A stretch of 64,000 nt of DNA from Octopus sinensis (GCF_006345805.1 NC_043010.1:18352001-18416000), one strand, 5' to 3'. Shown: positions 39,338-53,000, numbered from the stretch's first letter. Notes: a model not told the origin generated them from the sequence alone. Made by a program: numbers and translations.

Positions 39338-40692
39338 ACAAATTATTTAATGCATTTCTTAAGCGCAAATCAAACCCCGCGTTTTTTAACCCCCGTAATA
39401 GAGTGCGGCCCATTTTCCTGCAACAAAAAAATATAGCTGATCTGTTGTTGAAGGGTCAGAATGTTTAGGAGAGAATGGGATCAGTTGGAAATCACCGGTC
39501 CCTCGCACGGATTGGTCTTTGCTTGAAATATCGTCGGTATTGATCTTGTCTTACGGTTGTATTGTCGTATAGCACGATCAGCGCAACCAGACTCGATCAA
39601 TGAACAGATATATTTCTTGGTCCTAATTTAAAACTTTTCGTTACGATTCACAGCCATCGTTTCCGTTAAGTTCGAAAATATTACAGGATTTCGTAAAATA
39701 ACTTTGTTGTTATCGATTTGGTGTTTAAAGCTGCGAGCTGGCTGAAGCGGCAGCACACTGAACAAAATACTTAGCGGCATTTCGTCCGTTCTGGGTTCAA
39801 ATTCTGCCGAGGCCGACTTTGCTTTCATCCTTCCGGGTCAATAAATTAAGTACCGGTAGAGCACTAGGTCCTACAAAATTTCAGGTCTTTTGCATGTAGG
39901 AGTAAGAGTTATTAACCTGATGTTTCGGACATAAATTAGCACGAAATTTTGACCGAAAATTTAAATAAGATTATTTTAAAACAAGGGTCTCGTATCAAAG
40001 AACCAGGTTCATGTAGATTAGTTTCGAAAGGGTCTACTAGGTTACTGATTAACAAGAATTATAACAAAAAGGAAAGCAGCAACACCCAACCAGAACCCTT
40101 CAAAAGTCCAACCATAACATGCAGTGATCAACTGTGATTATTCATGGTGTTACGACATATTGTTAAAGACCGCTCAATGCATTGACCAAACGTAAATATG
40201 AGGTGAGAACGAAAGAGCGATGACTATCAAGTTTGGTCGGCGTAATGGTCATCCAAATCTGACTTCAAACCATAAACATCTAGTTGTGAGCAGCCATAGC
40301 TAGTTTTGACCAGCAGCTGGAACAAGCCACAAACACGTGTCAGAAGAAAACTCAACATGTCGGTCATTGTTAGGAGCGGTAAGGAACACCTTTACACCAA
40401 ACTGACACCAGATGGTGTTAGTTGACTCAATGCAGTCTTGACTGGATGAAGTAGTTTCTGCTCTACTTGACTAGAGTGAAGCAACTGTAAGAGGAGGAGG
40501 AGGAGGAGGTGTAAATAAAGAAGGGAAGGGGAAAGGGGGAGACGTGCTGAAGTATAGATGAAAGGAGAAGGTGAGAAGAAGGAGGAGGTAAAGAAAAGAA
40601 GGGAGGAGGAGACGTACTGAAGTGTCTTAGGTGTTCATACATACACACACACACACACATACAACAGAACATCCGTAGATGTGTTTAGATAA

Positions 40693-40769
<77 letters not shown>

Positions 40770-40780
40770 TATATATATAT

Positions 40781-41060
40781 TCTTTTGTTTCCGTCATTTG
40801 ACTGCAGCCATTCTGGAGCATCGCCTTTGGTCGAACTAATCGACCCCAGGACTTATCTTTTGTAAGCCTAGTACTTATTATATCGACCTCTTTCGCCGAA
40901 CCGCTAAGTTACGGGAACATACACACCAACATCGGTTGTCAGGCGATGGTGGGGAGACAAACACAGATAAACTAACACACACACACAAATATATATATTA
41001 TATATATATATATACGACGGGCTTCTTTCAGTTTCCGTCAACCAAATCCACTCAAAAGGC
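40781..41060 (-). mobile_element. SINE family A, 3' two-thirds
   Basis: Tail and body motifs up to CAAATCCACTCAAAAGGCTT. Confidence 0.85.
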
Positions 41061-41077
41061 TTTATACACACACACAC

Positions 41078-41420
41078 TACGGCACTCCGTTGGTTACGAT
41101 CAACGGAACAGCCTGCTCGTGAAATTAACGTGTAAGTGGCTGAGCACTCCACAGACACGTGTACCCTTAACGTAGTTCTCGGGGAGATTCAGCGTGACAC
41201 AGTGTGTGACAAAGCTGGCTCCATTGAAATACAGGTACAACAGAAACAGGAAGAAAGAGTGAGAGAAAGATGTGGTGAAAGAGTACAGAAGGGTTCGCCA
41301 CCTCATCTACCCGATGGTGCGTCGTGGACTTTTAAGTGTTTTCGCTCAATAAACACTCACAGCGCCCGGTCTGGGAATTGAAACCGCGAGTCCGCTACCC
41401 TAACCATTGGGTCATTGCGC
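41078..41420 (-). mobile_element. SINE family C subfamily copy
   Basis: GCACTCCGTTGGTTACGA...GGGGAGATTCAGCGTGACAC...GGAATTGAAACCGCG...CCCTAACCATTGG. Confidence 0.75.
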
Positions 41421-42060
41421 CTGCACACGCACGCACACACACACACACCACACACACACACAACACACACACATATATATATATATATCTATGTATGTAT
41501 ATAAAACCTTAAGTGTATATAAAGTGTGTGCCGTATGTATCCTATCATTTGTGTTTCTGTGTGTGTGTGTGTATAAGTCTGTATATGTTTATGTATCTGT
41601 ATTATACATAACCTTACACACACGCATATACACACACATGTCAGTGTATATGTGTGAGAATGTGTGTGTGCGGGTGTATGCAGACGAGTGTGTGCGCGTA
41701 TCTATGTTTCTTAGTTTGTGTATATTTTTTATATTCCGTTGCTGTTCTTTGTCTAACTTAGATACAAGCTTATGATAGAAGACTTTCCAACCGTGACCAT
41801 CACGTTCTTTTTAATACAGTAAACCCTGATTTAAATGTGATTTAGCTGTTACACTTAGCAGACCAAACGACCACGAAGTGGCTCTCCAACAGGTATTTCT
41901 GTGTGTGTATATGTATGGTATGGTACGTGTATGTGATTATGTGTGTATTTGTGTGTATAAAAGGAAAAGAGATAGAAAAGGTTAAAGGCGGAATCCATGT
42001 GCCTCGATGTTTTTAGTTCAAATCTGATCGGAGTCATATCTACCTTTCATTTTTCTAGTA

Positions 42061-43790
42061 CACCGTGGGTCTCAAAAGTCACTATTTCAGAGGCATTCGA
42101 TTGTCACTATATTATCATAAGGATAAGAAGCATCACATGTGCAAATCTGGGATCTTTTCGGTTTGAACGGCAGTTTTTAACATAATTTCTAGGTAACTAA
42201 AAAATTTTAAACTTCGTATACTGGTAGAATGTGTTTATAAAACATCTTTTTCTCTTGGCTTTATTGAGAAAATTCTATAGTTTGTAAGACATTTGTTGTT
42301 TTTTTTTCTTCAATTTCTGCAATTTCAACCAATCACTGATGTCTATTGAGTTAAAAAGCATTCAGTGCCGTATGAATATGTCCCTCGTTTAAGAAACAGA
42401 TTGGGTTTATTTACATTTGTGAAGAAAAAAAAATACCCTTCCCCCCACCCTAACCCTAACTAACCCTAACCCTAAAAGAGATTGAAATGTAATAGATCGA
42501 TACTAGGGTCATAATTATGGGTGACAATTTCATATGACACCGCTAGAAAAACTGCCGTTCAAACCGAAAAGATCCCAAATCTGTGTTTTGACAAAATGCT
42601 GATTCGTTTGTGTCGATATTTGTGGTGTTTATTTTTATTTCTTCGAACCGATTAACTGAAGTTGAACGTGAAAAAAAAAAAAAAAAAAAAAAAATCGGGT
42701 GTTGGTGTCAACACGAAATCTGAAGGAAGTAGAAATAAATTTGAGAGGAAGTTTCTGAAGAAATGTTCAACAGACAAAGCTATTCGTGAAGTTTCATAAA
42801 ACCGGATTTGTGCATGATGGCAGCCGAACTGGACGTCCAAGGAAATTTGGAAAAAGATTTGAATTGGTTCGAAAACAGGAACCGCAATTATCAACTCGTA
42901 GGGCAGCTAACATGTTGCAAAATCCATGCGCATCAATCCATAGAATTCTATGAAGGGATTTGAACAAAAAAAAAAAAAAAAAGGCTTATCACATTCAAGT
43001 TTTTCACAACTTCAGAAGAGGATTATCCCCACAGATCAGCGATTTGCGCTCAGCTTATTGATCAAATTGAAAGAGCCGATTTAATCAACAAAATTCTGCT
43101 CAGTGATGAAGCGACCTTCCATACATATGGAAAGGCTAATCGTCATAATTGTCGCTTTTGGGGAAGTGAGAAACCAACTGAATTTCTTGAATGGGAACGA
43201 GATAGACCGAAAGAGAATGTTTGGCTTAGTGTGAATAAGTCAAAGGTGTATGGATCTTTCTTCTTCACAAAGACTACGGTGTATTCTGATATATTTGAAC
43301 AATTCCGCGAACCTCAACTCCGTACAGATGGCATTCTTGATACAGTAGAGTTTCAACACGAAGGAGCGGCGTACCATTATGCAAAGATTGTATGTAATTA
43401 TCTTGATAGACACTTCCCTCGCTGTTGGAATGGTCGTGGGGTATACAACAATGAGCAGCACTCAGATCCATTTTGGCAACGTTAGATTTTTTTCGCTTGG
43501 GGATTTCTTAAATCTATGGTGTACACCAAGAGAAGAATTAGAGATGTAGCAGAGCTCCGACATCTTATTACTGATGCAGTTCAAAACATAAGACCTCAAC
43601 TGCTGGAAATGTGTTCCAGGAAGCAATTTATCGCTTTCAGCTCTATCATCCCCACATGATGACAGTGATGGTCATCACGTGATGCACTAATTCTTGACAG
43701 CATATACTTCGAAATAAGTATATTAGTCAAATTTAAGCCATTTTTTCATAATTATTTCTCAAAATAGATAGTGACTTTTGAGACACCCTG
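42061..43790 (+). mobile_element. Tc1/mariner DNA transposon (rosa/DD41D-like), decayed transposase, with nested MITE
   Basis: TA on both flanks; TIRs share GTCTCAAAAGTCACTAT exactly, outer left end degenerate. Hand translation: FHKTGFVHDGSRTGRPR, ILLSDEATFHTYGKANRHNCRFWG, FQHEGAAYHY, TLDFFAWGFLKSMVY. 1730 bp, or about 1296 bp without the nested insert. Confidence 0.9.
42149..42576. mobile_element. 428-bp MITE with perfect 30-bp TIRs nested in the mariner element
   Basis: GGGATCTTTTCGGTTTGAACGGCAGTTTTT at 42149-42178 and its exact reverse complement at 42547-42576; AAATCT directly repeated on both sides. Confidence 0.92.
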
Positions 43791-44149
43791 TATATATAAA
43801 CAAACACACACACACACATATATATATACATATTTACATGTAAGCACATACATACATATATATACTTTTATCTTGTTTTTTTTTTCTTACTTGTATCAGT
43901 TATTAAACTGCAGCCATGCTGGGGCACCACCTTGAAGAATTTTAGTCCGACGAATCGACCCCATTACTAATTCAAATGTGTCACGCTCGTTCGGCCTGAC
44001 AATTGCTCTGTGGACTGTTTACCGTCGACAGCGATGAAGTACCCACCAATTTCTGTTGTGTTTTTATATTATATTTTTGAGTTATTATCCATTTCATTCA
44101 TGTAATACACGTTTGTATGACTTCTATCTGCTTAAGAGGTAGAGTATCT

Positions 44150-44700
44150 TATGCATTCATCGCACTCTGTTTATGTCTGTATTTTTCTATGGCTTGGTCT
44201 GTTACTTTGTGTACCTATTGTTGATTACTGTTTATTTTGTTCGATGGATTTCTTTATTTAGTGTTTCGTTTGTCACAGAGAATCGAAACGAACTTCTAAG
44301 TAGAGATTCCATCACTGCCATTTTATATGTGTGGATACATGCTGTCTCTACAGGAATTTCTTTGTGTCTTTGGTCTAGGCGTATTACGATGCATCTGTTA
44401 TTTTTATCTGAATTTTTATCTTGAAATGGAGACATTATGTTGCTTGAAGCTGTATTTACACAGTTTTGGGTGTTCAATTTTAGTAGAGTTCTTTTCTAGT
44501 TCTTCTTGCAATTTATCAATGTCTTCGCACTGTATCCATTACGATTTATTTATCATCTACACTTTTCGTGTGTATCATATATTTATGCCATGGTACTATT
44601 CTGTTTTCTAGTGTTGCCATGGAGAACGCAACGAACGTGGTCTCTATGGCAGAGCCTGAGGCCATTCATCTTTTTTTCTCTTTACCTGACTTGTTTTGTG
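44150..44700 (-). mobile_element. Degenerate Penelope-like RT fragment
   Basis: ORF 44232..44477 contains CIHTYKMAVMESLLRSSFRFS...KEIHRTK, followed past a stop by TVINNRYT (resembles CPxxYKxxVIxxLxxRA...IKQxLxNNGY); a VDD triplet lies upstream near 44550. Confidence 0.55.
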
Positions 44701-45263
44701 GACAGCAAAAGAGATTTGTATCATAAAGGAATTTCTACTCTAATCATTTCTCCCGTATTTTATATGCTATTAAATGTGTTTCGGATTCATTATTTAATGT
44801 GGTTTCCGCTGTTCTTACCATTGGAGCGCAGGTAAAAAGGCATTAAAATTTAAGACGGACATGGTCCAAACTTCAGATCAATCCTTCCTGCAGGTATAAT
44901 TATAAATGGTTTTAGCAAGATATCGTGACACATGAGAAAGGTGTGCCTCACAGATATTTTTAGGTAGTTCACGTTGCAGATGGTATCTTAACGAACTGCC
45001 GACATTTTCTATCACAGCAAAGCGGTTTGGAGGCATCTTTATCGTTCTTATTGATCAGTATATCAAAGCAATCACCTGTCCTTCGATAGGGAAGGTCTAT
45101 CTTCCTAGATGGAATGTGATATATCTATCACAGATCCAGAAGGGGCTGCACCTCAAACATGCACATTCCCAGACACGCATGTATATATGCATTATGCATA
45201 TATATATACATATGTATACTTACATTATATATATATAAATACATGTTCTTGTATACATGAGTA

Positions 45264-45309
<46 letters not shown>

Positions 45310-45419
45310 TACATATATGTATGAATATATCTATATCTACCTACCTATCTATCTATCTACCTACCTACCTTTCCATCTACATACCTACTACTTACCTACT
45401 ACTTATCTACGTACCTACT

Positions 45420-45650
45420 TATTTCTTTACTACCCACAAGAGGCTAAACACAGAGAGGACAAACCAGGACAGACAAATGGATTAAGCCGATTATATCGAC
45501 CCCAGTGCGTAACTGGTACTTATTTAATCGACCCCGAAAGGATGAAAGGCAAAGTCGACCTCGGCGGAATTTGAACTCAGAACGTAACGGCAGACGAAAT
45601 ACAGCTAAGCATTTCGCCCGGCGTGTTAAAGATTCTGCCAGCTCGCCGCC
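45420..45650 (-). mobile_element. SINE family B, left unit
   Basis: Near-consensus reverse-complement copy. Confidence 0.9.
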
Positions 45651-46643
45651 CTATCTACCTACCTATCTATCTATATCTCTACCCATCTTTCCATCTATCT
45701 CTTTCTCTATCTATCTTTCCAGCTATCTATCTATTTACCTACCTACCTACCTATCTATATCTATGCAGCAGAGTTTTTCATCCAAGTTAAATTAAATAAG
45801 GCCTGGCACCAACCTGGCGCAAAACTCTTCTATCTCTCATTTATTCCTCTCTTTTCAACTTTTCCATCGAGAAGGATACTGTCCGAAAATTTGGATTTTT
45901 CACTCCTCACAGCATTTTCTATGCACAATGTAAGTTTTTCCGGTGCAGACCAGCACCAGACTTTTTGGAGTTTGTTTACTCATATATACATTGGCATTAA
46001 ACATGTAGGTTCGCTTATACAAACACACAGATACACACATATTCACATACATTACGCATGCATTCACAGATATAGATATATACCTATATAACAAATAAAA
46101 TTAAAAACAAAACACAAAGGATATCGCGGTACACGTGTTTCAAGCTTTATAAACAATCCGTTCTTACATCAGTATATTATTGATATAAAAGATGGTTTAA
46201 AGTTCTCTTCAGCCGCAAACATTGTTACTCCAAATAGTTACATCACACTATAAAAAATATGAAAAGTACATGTAGTATTGCCCATTATAATAGGTATATC
46301 ATATCTTGCTGAGAAAGTGTATTTGTAAAATTTCCTAACTGTATAAATGTATAAAGATTCATTGGATTTCAAAAATCTGCCCATACTGTATCACCAGTCA
46401 ACATAGAGTCCTATATACCTATATAGATAGAACGATGGTGCTATGTTTGCAGTTTCTTAGAGCAGTCTCGAAAATTACGGCAGTTTTGTTCAGATCAATG
46501 TTTAGTCCAATCACATAACAATAGAGAATACACAAACACGATGCATGGACGTTTATACATTTTCGGCTGAATGTGAAACTAAGTTGCAACTAACTGCACG
46601 AGAGATGTCGTGCATAAGCGTAATTTACACATACATACACGAA

Positions 46644-46704
<61 letters not shown>

Positions 46705-47292
46705 CCACACACACACATATATATATATATATGCATATATACATACATACGTACGTACATACATACATACATACATACATACATACATACATACATACAC
46801 ACACACACATACATTCATCCATGCATACACACACACATACGTACACACATACATACATACATACATACATACATGCATGCATACATACATTCATCCATGC
46901 ATACACACATACATGCATACATACACACATACATGCATGCATGCATACATACAGACATACATACATGCACACATACACACATGCATGCATGCATAGGTTC
47001 ACAGATGTCTACAGAGCCTAACCGTGGTCACGTGCAACTATAAAACAAACAGTGGGATGGTAAAGCTAAAGTGTCGGGAGATTGTTTAGCGAGATATCTG
47101 ACTTTTAGTGATTAACTGTGAAGGTAGGAGTGGAAAGGTATGGTAGGAGACAGACAAGAGAGATACGGAATTGGAGAGGGAGAGGGATGGAAATTGTGCG
47201 CGCGCGCGTGTGATCCTACGTGCGACGTGCACGCACAATATTTGCGTGAGATGGATAAGTACATGAAATAGACAGAATGAAGAGCGATAAGC

Positions 47293-47373
<81 letters not shown>

Positions 47374-47374
47374 C

Positions 47375-47415
<41 letters not shown>

Positions 47416-47450
47416 CAGATAGATAGATACAGATAGATAGATAGATAGAT

Positions 47451-47485
<35 letters not shown>

Positions 47486-47486
47486 C

Positions 47487-47551
<65 letters not shown>

Positions 47552-47568
47552 CAGATAGATAGATAGAT

Positions 47569-47660
<92 letters not shown>
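47293..47660. repeat. (ATAG)n microsatellite, about 370 bp
   Basis: Directly visible, with occasional ATAC and AT interruptions. Confidence 0.97.
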
Positions 47661-47799
47661 GGAGGGGGGAGGGAGAGAAATTTAATATAATATCTGTGTT
47701 ACCTGGAGCTTATAACTTTGGCTGACGGCTTACTCAACCAGCTTTGAGATCAACAGTGACACCTGGAAAATGAAAGTACGAGAGTTTATGAAATGTAAG

Positions 47800-48020
47800 A
47801 GTTGTTACCTCCTATGAACAGAACAAGGGCGCAAAGAAAAGGTGAGCTGTGCAAATTCAGGGCCAACTCCTTACTTTCAGTCCCAACTGACCTCCAGTGC
47901 TCGACCTGTGCTGCAATCTCCAAAGCACGCATCCGGTTGATTGGTCACAGCCGGACACACCCTACCCCGTCTTCTTCTCCATTCGTGGTCATCGTTGACA
48001 TCGACGAAGGAACTAATAAC
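47800..48020 (+). mobile_element. RTE (BovB-like) LINE 3' terminus
   Basis: ORF 47802..48089 contains RAQRKGELCK...LQCSTCAAISKARIRLIGHSRTH, resembling the C2H2-like CxxC...RIGLxSHxRTH end of RTE ORFs. Confidence 0.8.
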
Positions 48021-48516
48021 TCAACCAGTACTTGGTCGCCTAGTCCTCTCCTCCGTGAACATTCCGTTGTAATTCTGAAATTTGCTTGAAAATACTAACA
48101 TTTAGACAGACAGGCGGGAAATGAGAGAGAAACGAAATCGGAGAATTACAACAGAACCTTGCAGCCAGATAACATCATTATGAATTCTCTCTCTCTCTCT
48201 GCTGGAGAAGAAATGCCTGTTGCAAAGTGTGTTTCGTAAAAGATGGAAGTATATTGCAAGTATGTTGCAAGTGAAAGAACCTGTTTAAACGGAAATGTAA
48301 AAAAGGAGAAAGCAAAGTCTTCAGTGTGAGTATGTGGTTTGTGGGATCGACCGCGTCCTCCGCTTCATTTTTTGTTAATCACTCATTCTCATTTAATTGT
48401 ATATATATTTAATTGCTTATTCATACGTTTCGTCTCATTCGATATCCTGACCCCTATGTCTGTTTTGTCTCTCTTCGTATCGTCCTCTCTTTTTCTCAGC
48501 CTCATGGTGAATAAAG

Positions 48517-48562
<46 letters not shown>

Positions 48563-48724
48563 ATCTATCTATCTATCTCTCTCTCTCTCTCTCTCCCCTC
48601 GAAAGGAACAAGTCACCGAAGCGTTAGATTCTCTCTCTCCCCACCGTAGATCATTTTAATGAATTCTTTAATAAACACACCTCTCAATTGTGGCTAAACC
48701 AGACAACCTCCTCCTCCCCGCCTA

Positions 48725-48771
<47 letters not shown>

Positions 48772-49039
48772 AAACAAATGAGAGAAATGGAAAATGGAAT
48801 TCATGAGATCCTTTATTAATCACAGAGATTGTTTCAACCCATCTTGCATCGATCCCTGCAGGGTGAGATTCTGAGCAAATGGATGTGGAGCATCCTTCGG
48901 TGCAGATGTATCTCAAGTGATTTTCAAAAGGTATTTCGCTCATTATACTCGTTTTCACTGAGATCCATTCTTAGATATTTCGTTATTGGCCTGTAGCAGG
49001 TTGCATACAGAAGTGATCATGGTTCTGAATCTGTATGTA

Positions 49040-49620
49040 CGGGGGTGGGGTCGAGCTGGCAGAAACGTTAGCACAGCGGGCGAAATGCATAGCAGTATTT
49101 CGCCTGCCGCTACGTTCTGAGTTCAAATTCCGCCGGGGTCGACTCTGCCTTTCATCTTTTCGGGGTCAATTAAATAAGTAGCACTTACGCACTGGGATCG
49201 ATATAATCGACTTAATCCGTTTGTCTGTCCTTGTTTGTCCCCTCTTTGTTTAGCCCCTTGTGGGTAGTAAAGAAATAGGTATTTCGCCTGTCGCTACGTT
49301 CTGAGTTCAAATTCCGCCGAGGTCCACATCCTTTCGGGGTCGATAAATTAAGTACCAGTTGTGTACTGGGGTCGATCTGATCGACTGTCCCCACTCCCCA
49401 CAAAATTCAGGCCTTGTGCCTATAGTGGAAAAGAATCGTTACAGCGCCGAACAGAATGTTTAGCGGCATTTCATCCTTTAAGTTACGTGTGCGAATTCCG
49501 CCGAGGTCGATTTTGCCTTTCATCCTTTCGAGATCGATTAATAAAAATCAATTGAACACTGAGGTCGATGTAATTGACTTACCCACCATCCCAAAACTGC
49601 TGGCCTTGTGCCAAAATTTG
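49040..49620 (+). mobile_element. SINE family B, two-unit form plus a third diverged unit
   Basis: GAGCTGGCAGAAACGTTAGC head; three occurrences of the AATTCCGCCG(A/G)GGTC...GTCGAT module. Confidence 0.85.
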
Positions 49621-49789
49621 AAATCAATATATATGTATGTATATACATATTTATATATATATGTGTGTGCGTGTCTATATATATATATGTATGTATACAT
49701 ACGTGTGTACATATGTATTCATCTGATATCCTAAACGCAAGAAACACAAAATAAGTGGTATTTAATCTTATCTTTTAAAAAATTCTTTC

Positions 49790-50545
49790 CGGGATAATCA
49801 TATGCAGTTTAATGCTGAAAAGTTTCAAGCCCTGCGCTACCAGCGTCCGAAACTGAATATGAAATTTACAGGGTACACCGGTCCACAGGGAATTTCAATC
49901 CCAGGGCCTAAGTCAGTGTGGGACCTGGGTATCGACATGAGTGGTGATACCTCTTTCCAAGTGCACATTACCAGGATGGCGACAAAGTGCAGACGACTGG
50001 CAGGATGGATCCTAAGAACATTCAGAACTAGAGATAAGGAAACCATGATGGTCCTCTGGCAGACATTCGTCCTCAGCCGCCTGGATTACTGCCCACAGCT
50101 ATGGTCACCCGCCAGTGTGAAATTAACAGCGGACCTTGAAGCAATCCAGAGAAGATTCACAAAGAAGATCGTCTCTTTGCAACATCTCAGCTACTGGGAA
50201 AGGTTGAAACAGCTAAGACTCTACTCCCTGGAGAGAAGACGGGAGAGGTATGCAGTAATATATGTCTAGAAGATCCTGGAAGGAATTGTGCCAAATTTTG
50301 GCATTGAAAGCTATACCAATACCAGAAAGGGACGACACTGCACAATGCCAAAGATCCCAGCAACGCCATCGCGCTTCAGGACCAGTTACTACAACAGCCT
50401 GGATTTCAGGGGCCCACGGCTTTTTAATATTCTCCCAAAGAGCCTGAGGAACCTGCACAAAGTAGATGAAGGCGTTTTAAAATCAAAGCTGGACCTCTTC
50501 CTGTCGAGATTCCCAGATGAACCTACATCACAGCAATAGGTGCAA
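49790..50545 (+). mobile_element. Fragment of a second copy of the same CR1-type LINE (C-terminal ORF2)
   Basis: ORFs 49802..50269 (MQFNAEKFQALRY...SRLDYCPQLWSP...LERRRERY) and 50288..50539 (FRGPRLFNILPK...PDEPT) are collinear with ORF2 at 53001-53815; ends at a (TA)n tract without the 3' tail. Confidence 0.93.
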
Positions 50546-50552
50546 ATGAGGG

Positions 50553-50632
<80 letters not shown>

Positions 50633-50989
50633 ATAATATTAGGAAATAAATTATTCCAATCTAAAATTCAGTATAATAATATTAGACCGAATTCGTAATA
50701 TATAATATATACATATAACTAATTTAGTGACGAACCACCATTCTACAACTCAGTCAATGAAAAAACCCGTCCAAAACCATGTTGTGAGACATATACCATA
50801 CAAAATACTAATCTAAAATTTTAATAATATATAATATTGAACAGTAAGATTATTACATATAATAGCAAATACTTTTAAAATCACAGCGAATACCATACAA
50901 AGAACATTCATCATAAAATATTAATCTAAAATCAAATAAATTATAAATTGAACAATAAATTTTAATACAATAATATAATGTATAAAAGT

Positions 50990-52915
50990 AAGTACTTGTA
51001 CATCAACTACGCGCGTTTCATGGCTGAATTAGGACTATATAAAATCATGTAAGAAACCATATCCAAGTTCATTAGAACGAGAAAATGATTTTAGTCCCAA
51101 AAGCAAGTTAATCATCAGGTCAAATTCCTAAAAAAAAATCCCTAAAAACTAAAAATTTAACTTACCTCATAAGGAATTTAAAAAATAAGGAATAAATATA
51201 TATATATATATAAAGAAACAAACCTGTAATGTAACCCCTAAGTTAAAGACGTTAATATTATTAAAAGTTACGAACTAAAATATTCAAATAGAGTATTATT
51301 GTGAACATGATTAATTCATTATGGAGAAGGTAAATAAACGTAACTACGTGTTAGTGTATAAAGTTAATAAAAGACGTATGTTGATATCGTTTAGAATAAA
51401 TTTTGAAAGACATGACTTATCTGCCGGCGAACTACTCTAGATTAAACCGAAATAAGTGTACTTTAGCATTTATACTCAAAAGTAACGTGATAAATATGGC
51501 GTCCATTACCCAGAGATAAATACATATTATATTTACTATAATAAAATTATCGACAAAGTATATTGTTTATTGAGTATTTAAAATACTTAAAACCTTTAGA
51601 TCTACAAAAAACAATAACTATAACACGAACGAAATTTATGTGCTACGTAAATAATGCTATAAAACATTGTAAGAATGCACATATCGTTGAATTCGTTATC
51701 AGTAAAAAAGTAGTTATTTATTCTAATTATATATAATTATGTAATGTTTGAAGTGTATTTTAAGCTAATTATATGTATTTAACGCTACTAATCATAACTA
51801 TAAATTGGTAACTTTTCATGGGTTTTAAATAAATCAATACATTGTCTATACTTATATAAATAATTTAATTTATGCCACATTTAATATTACGTTCATCTTG
51901 GAAGTTAATCAATTTTTTTAATAGCTGATAATATCTCAAAGCAAAATTTACTTCCTATTCTATACGATTTAGCCTTACAAACTATTTCCCATTTTAAATC
52001 GTATTTTATTCTTTCACATTTAAGTTCCCAAATGTATTTACTTAATACCTGTTCTTAAAAGAATTCATATGTTGGGCCACCCGTGATTTAATTTTATTGG
52101 AAGTCGATCCTATGTAAATAGTATTTATGTTATCATTATTACTATTATTATTATTATCATTCAAAATCACTATACATTTATATAATACGTCCTCATTAAA
52201 ATTTACATTTAGTCTTATCTCTACAATTACAATCAATTGTATTCTGGTCTCCATTGGAGGTATTAATTTATTATTTTAAAACTTATTTAATTAAAATTTA
52301 TTAAGGCTGAAATGATATTGCCAACATAATTATTGGTGGAAAAAATTTATTGCTTGAAAATATGTCCTTCTTTTTATGGTTCTCTTTAATAAATGTCTTA
52401 ATTATATTTAAAATCTCTTTGATAATGTTAGTTTTAACCTGCATCCCATAGGGAATTATTAGCCATATTTTATTCTTATTATTATTACTTTGGGGTTTAT
52501 TGTTCATATTACTAACTACATCGGACTTCAGATGATTCTTAATGTTGTGTTTATTGTTATAGAAGGTGTATGCATCATTTAAATTATCTTTTAAATTATA
52601 ATTATATTTAGAATTGTTGAAAAATTTAATACTATTATTATATCCCGCCTTATGAAGCGCTTCATTATAATGTGGTACATGTTTATTGAATATGTCATAG
52701 TTGGAAGAAAGTAATGAAATTCGATTTCCTATATTATTTGCTAACGCTTTCTTAATGGAAGGTGGATGGTTACTCTTAGCATTAATATATTTCAGGTTTT
52801 TGCTAATTTTATAGAAATGTTGGGTTATAACTGTTATAAAGTTAACATTTACATCTAAGTAATTAACATTGCTATTTACGTTATAAATTGTAATCCTAAT
52901 CTTACTGTTCAATAC
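50990..52915 (-). mobile_element. 5'-truncated, AT-rich Penelope-like element (RT C-terminus + GIY-YIG endonuclease + 3' region), possibly Naiad-like
   Basis: ORF 52301..53158 has NYLDVNV...YINAKSNHPPSIKK...RISLLSS...YNEALHKAGY...IWLIIPYGMQVKTNI; ORF 52042..52254 has IYIGSTSNKIKSRVAQHMNSFKN; hand translation below 52040 gives KYIWELKCERIKYDLKWEIV. Clade assignment from recalled motifs; downstream boundary uncertain. Confidence 0.85.
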
Positions 52916-53000
52916 ATATATATATATCCTTAAAATCCTTAAAAATGTTTTAGCCCGAAGGCCGCGGCCATGCTGGGGCACCACCGCTGAATGAGCTACA

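Noticed and set aside
42447-42474. Telomere-like (TAACCC)n as an interstitial telomere or fusion scar
   Set aside because: Only about four units, lying inside a MITE, so it is part of the element.
46120-46180. Minus-strand CTGATGT...GAAACACGTGTA
   Set aside because: Palindromic helix III is present but the core is mutated and helix I unpaired; at most a decayed relic.
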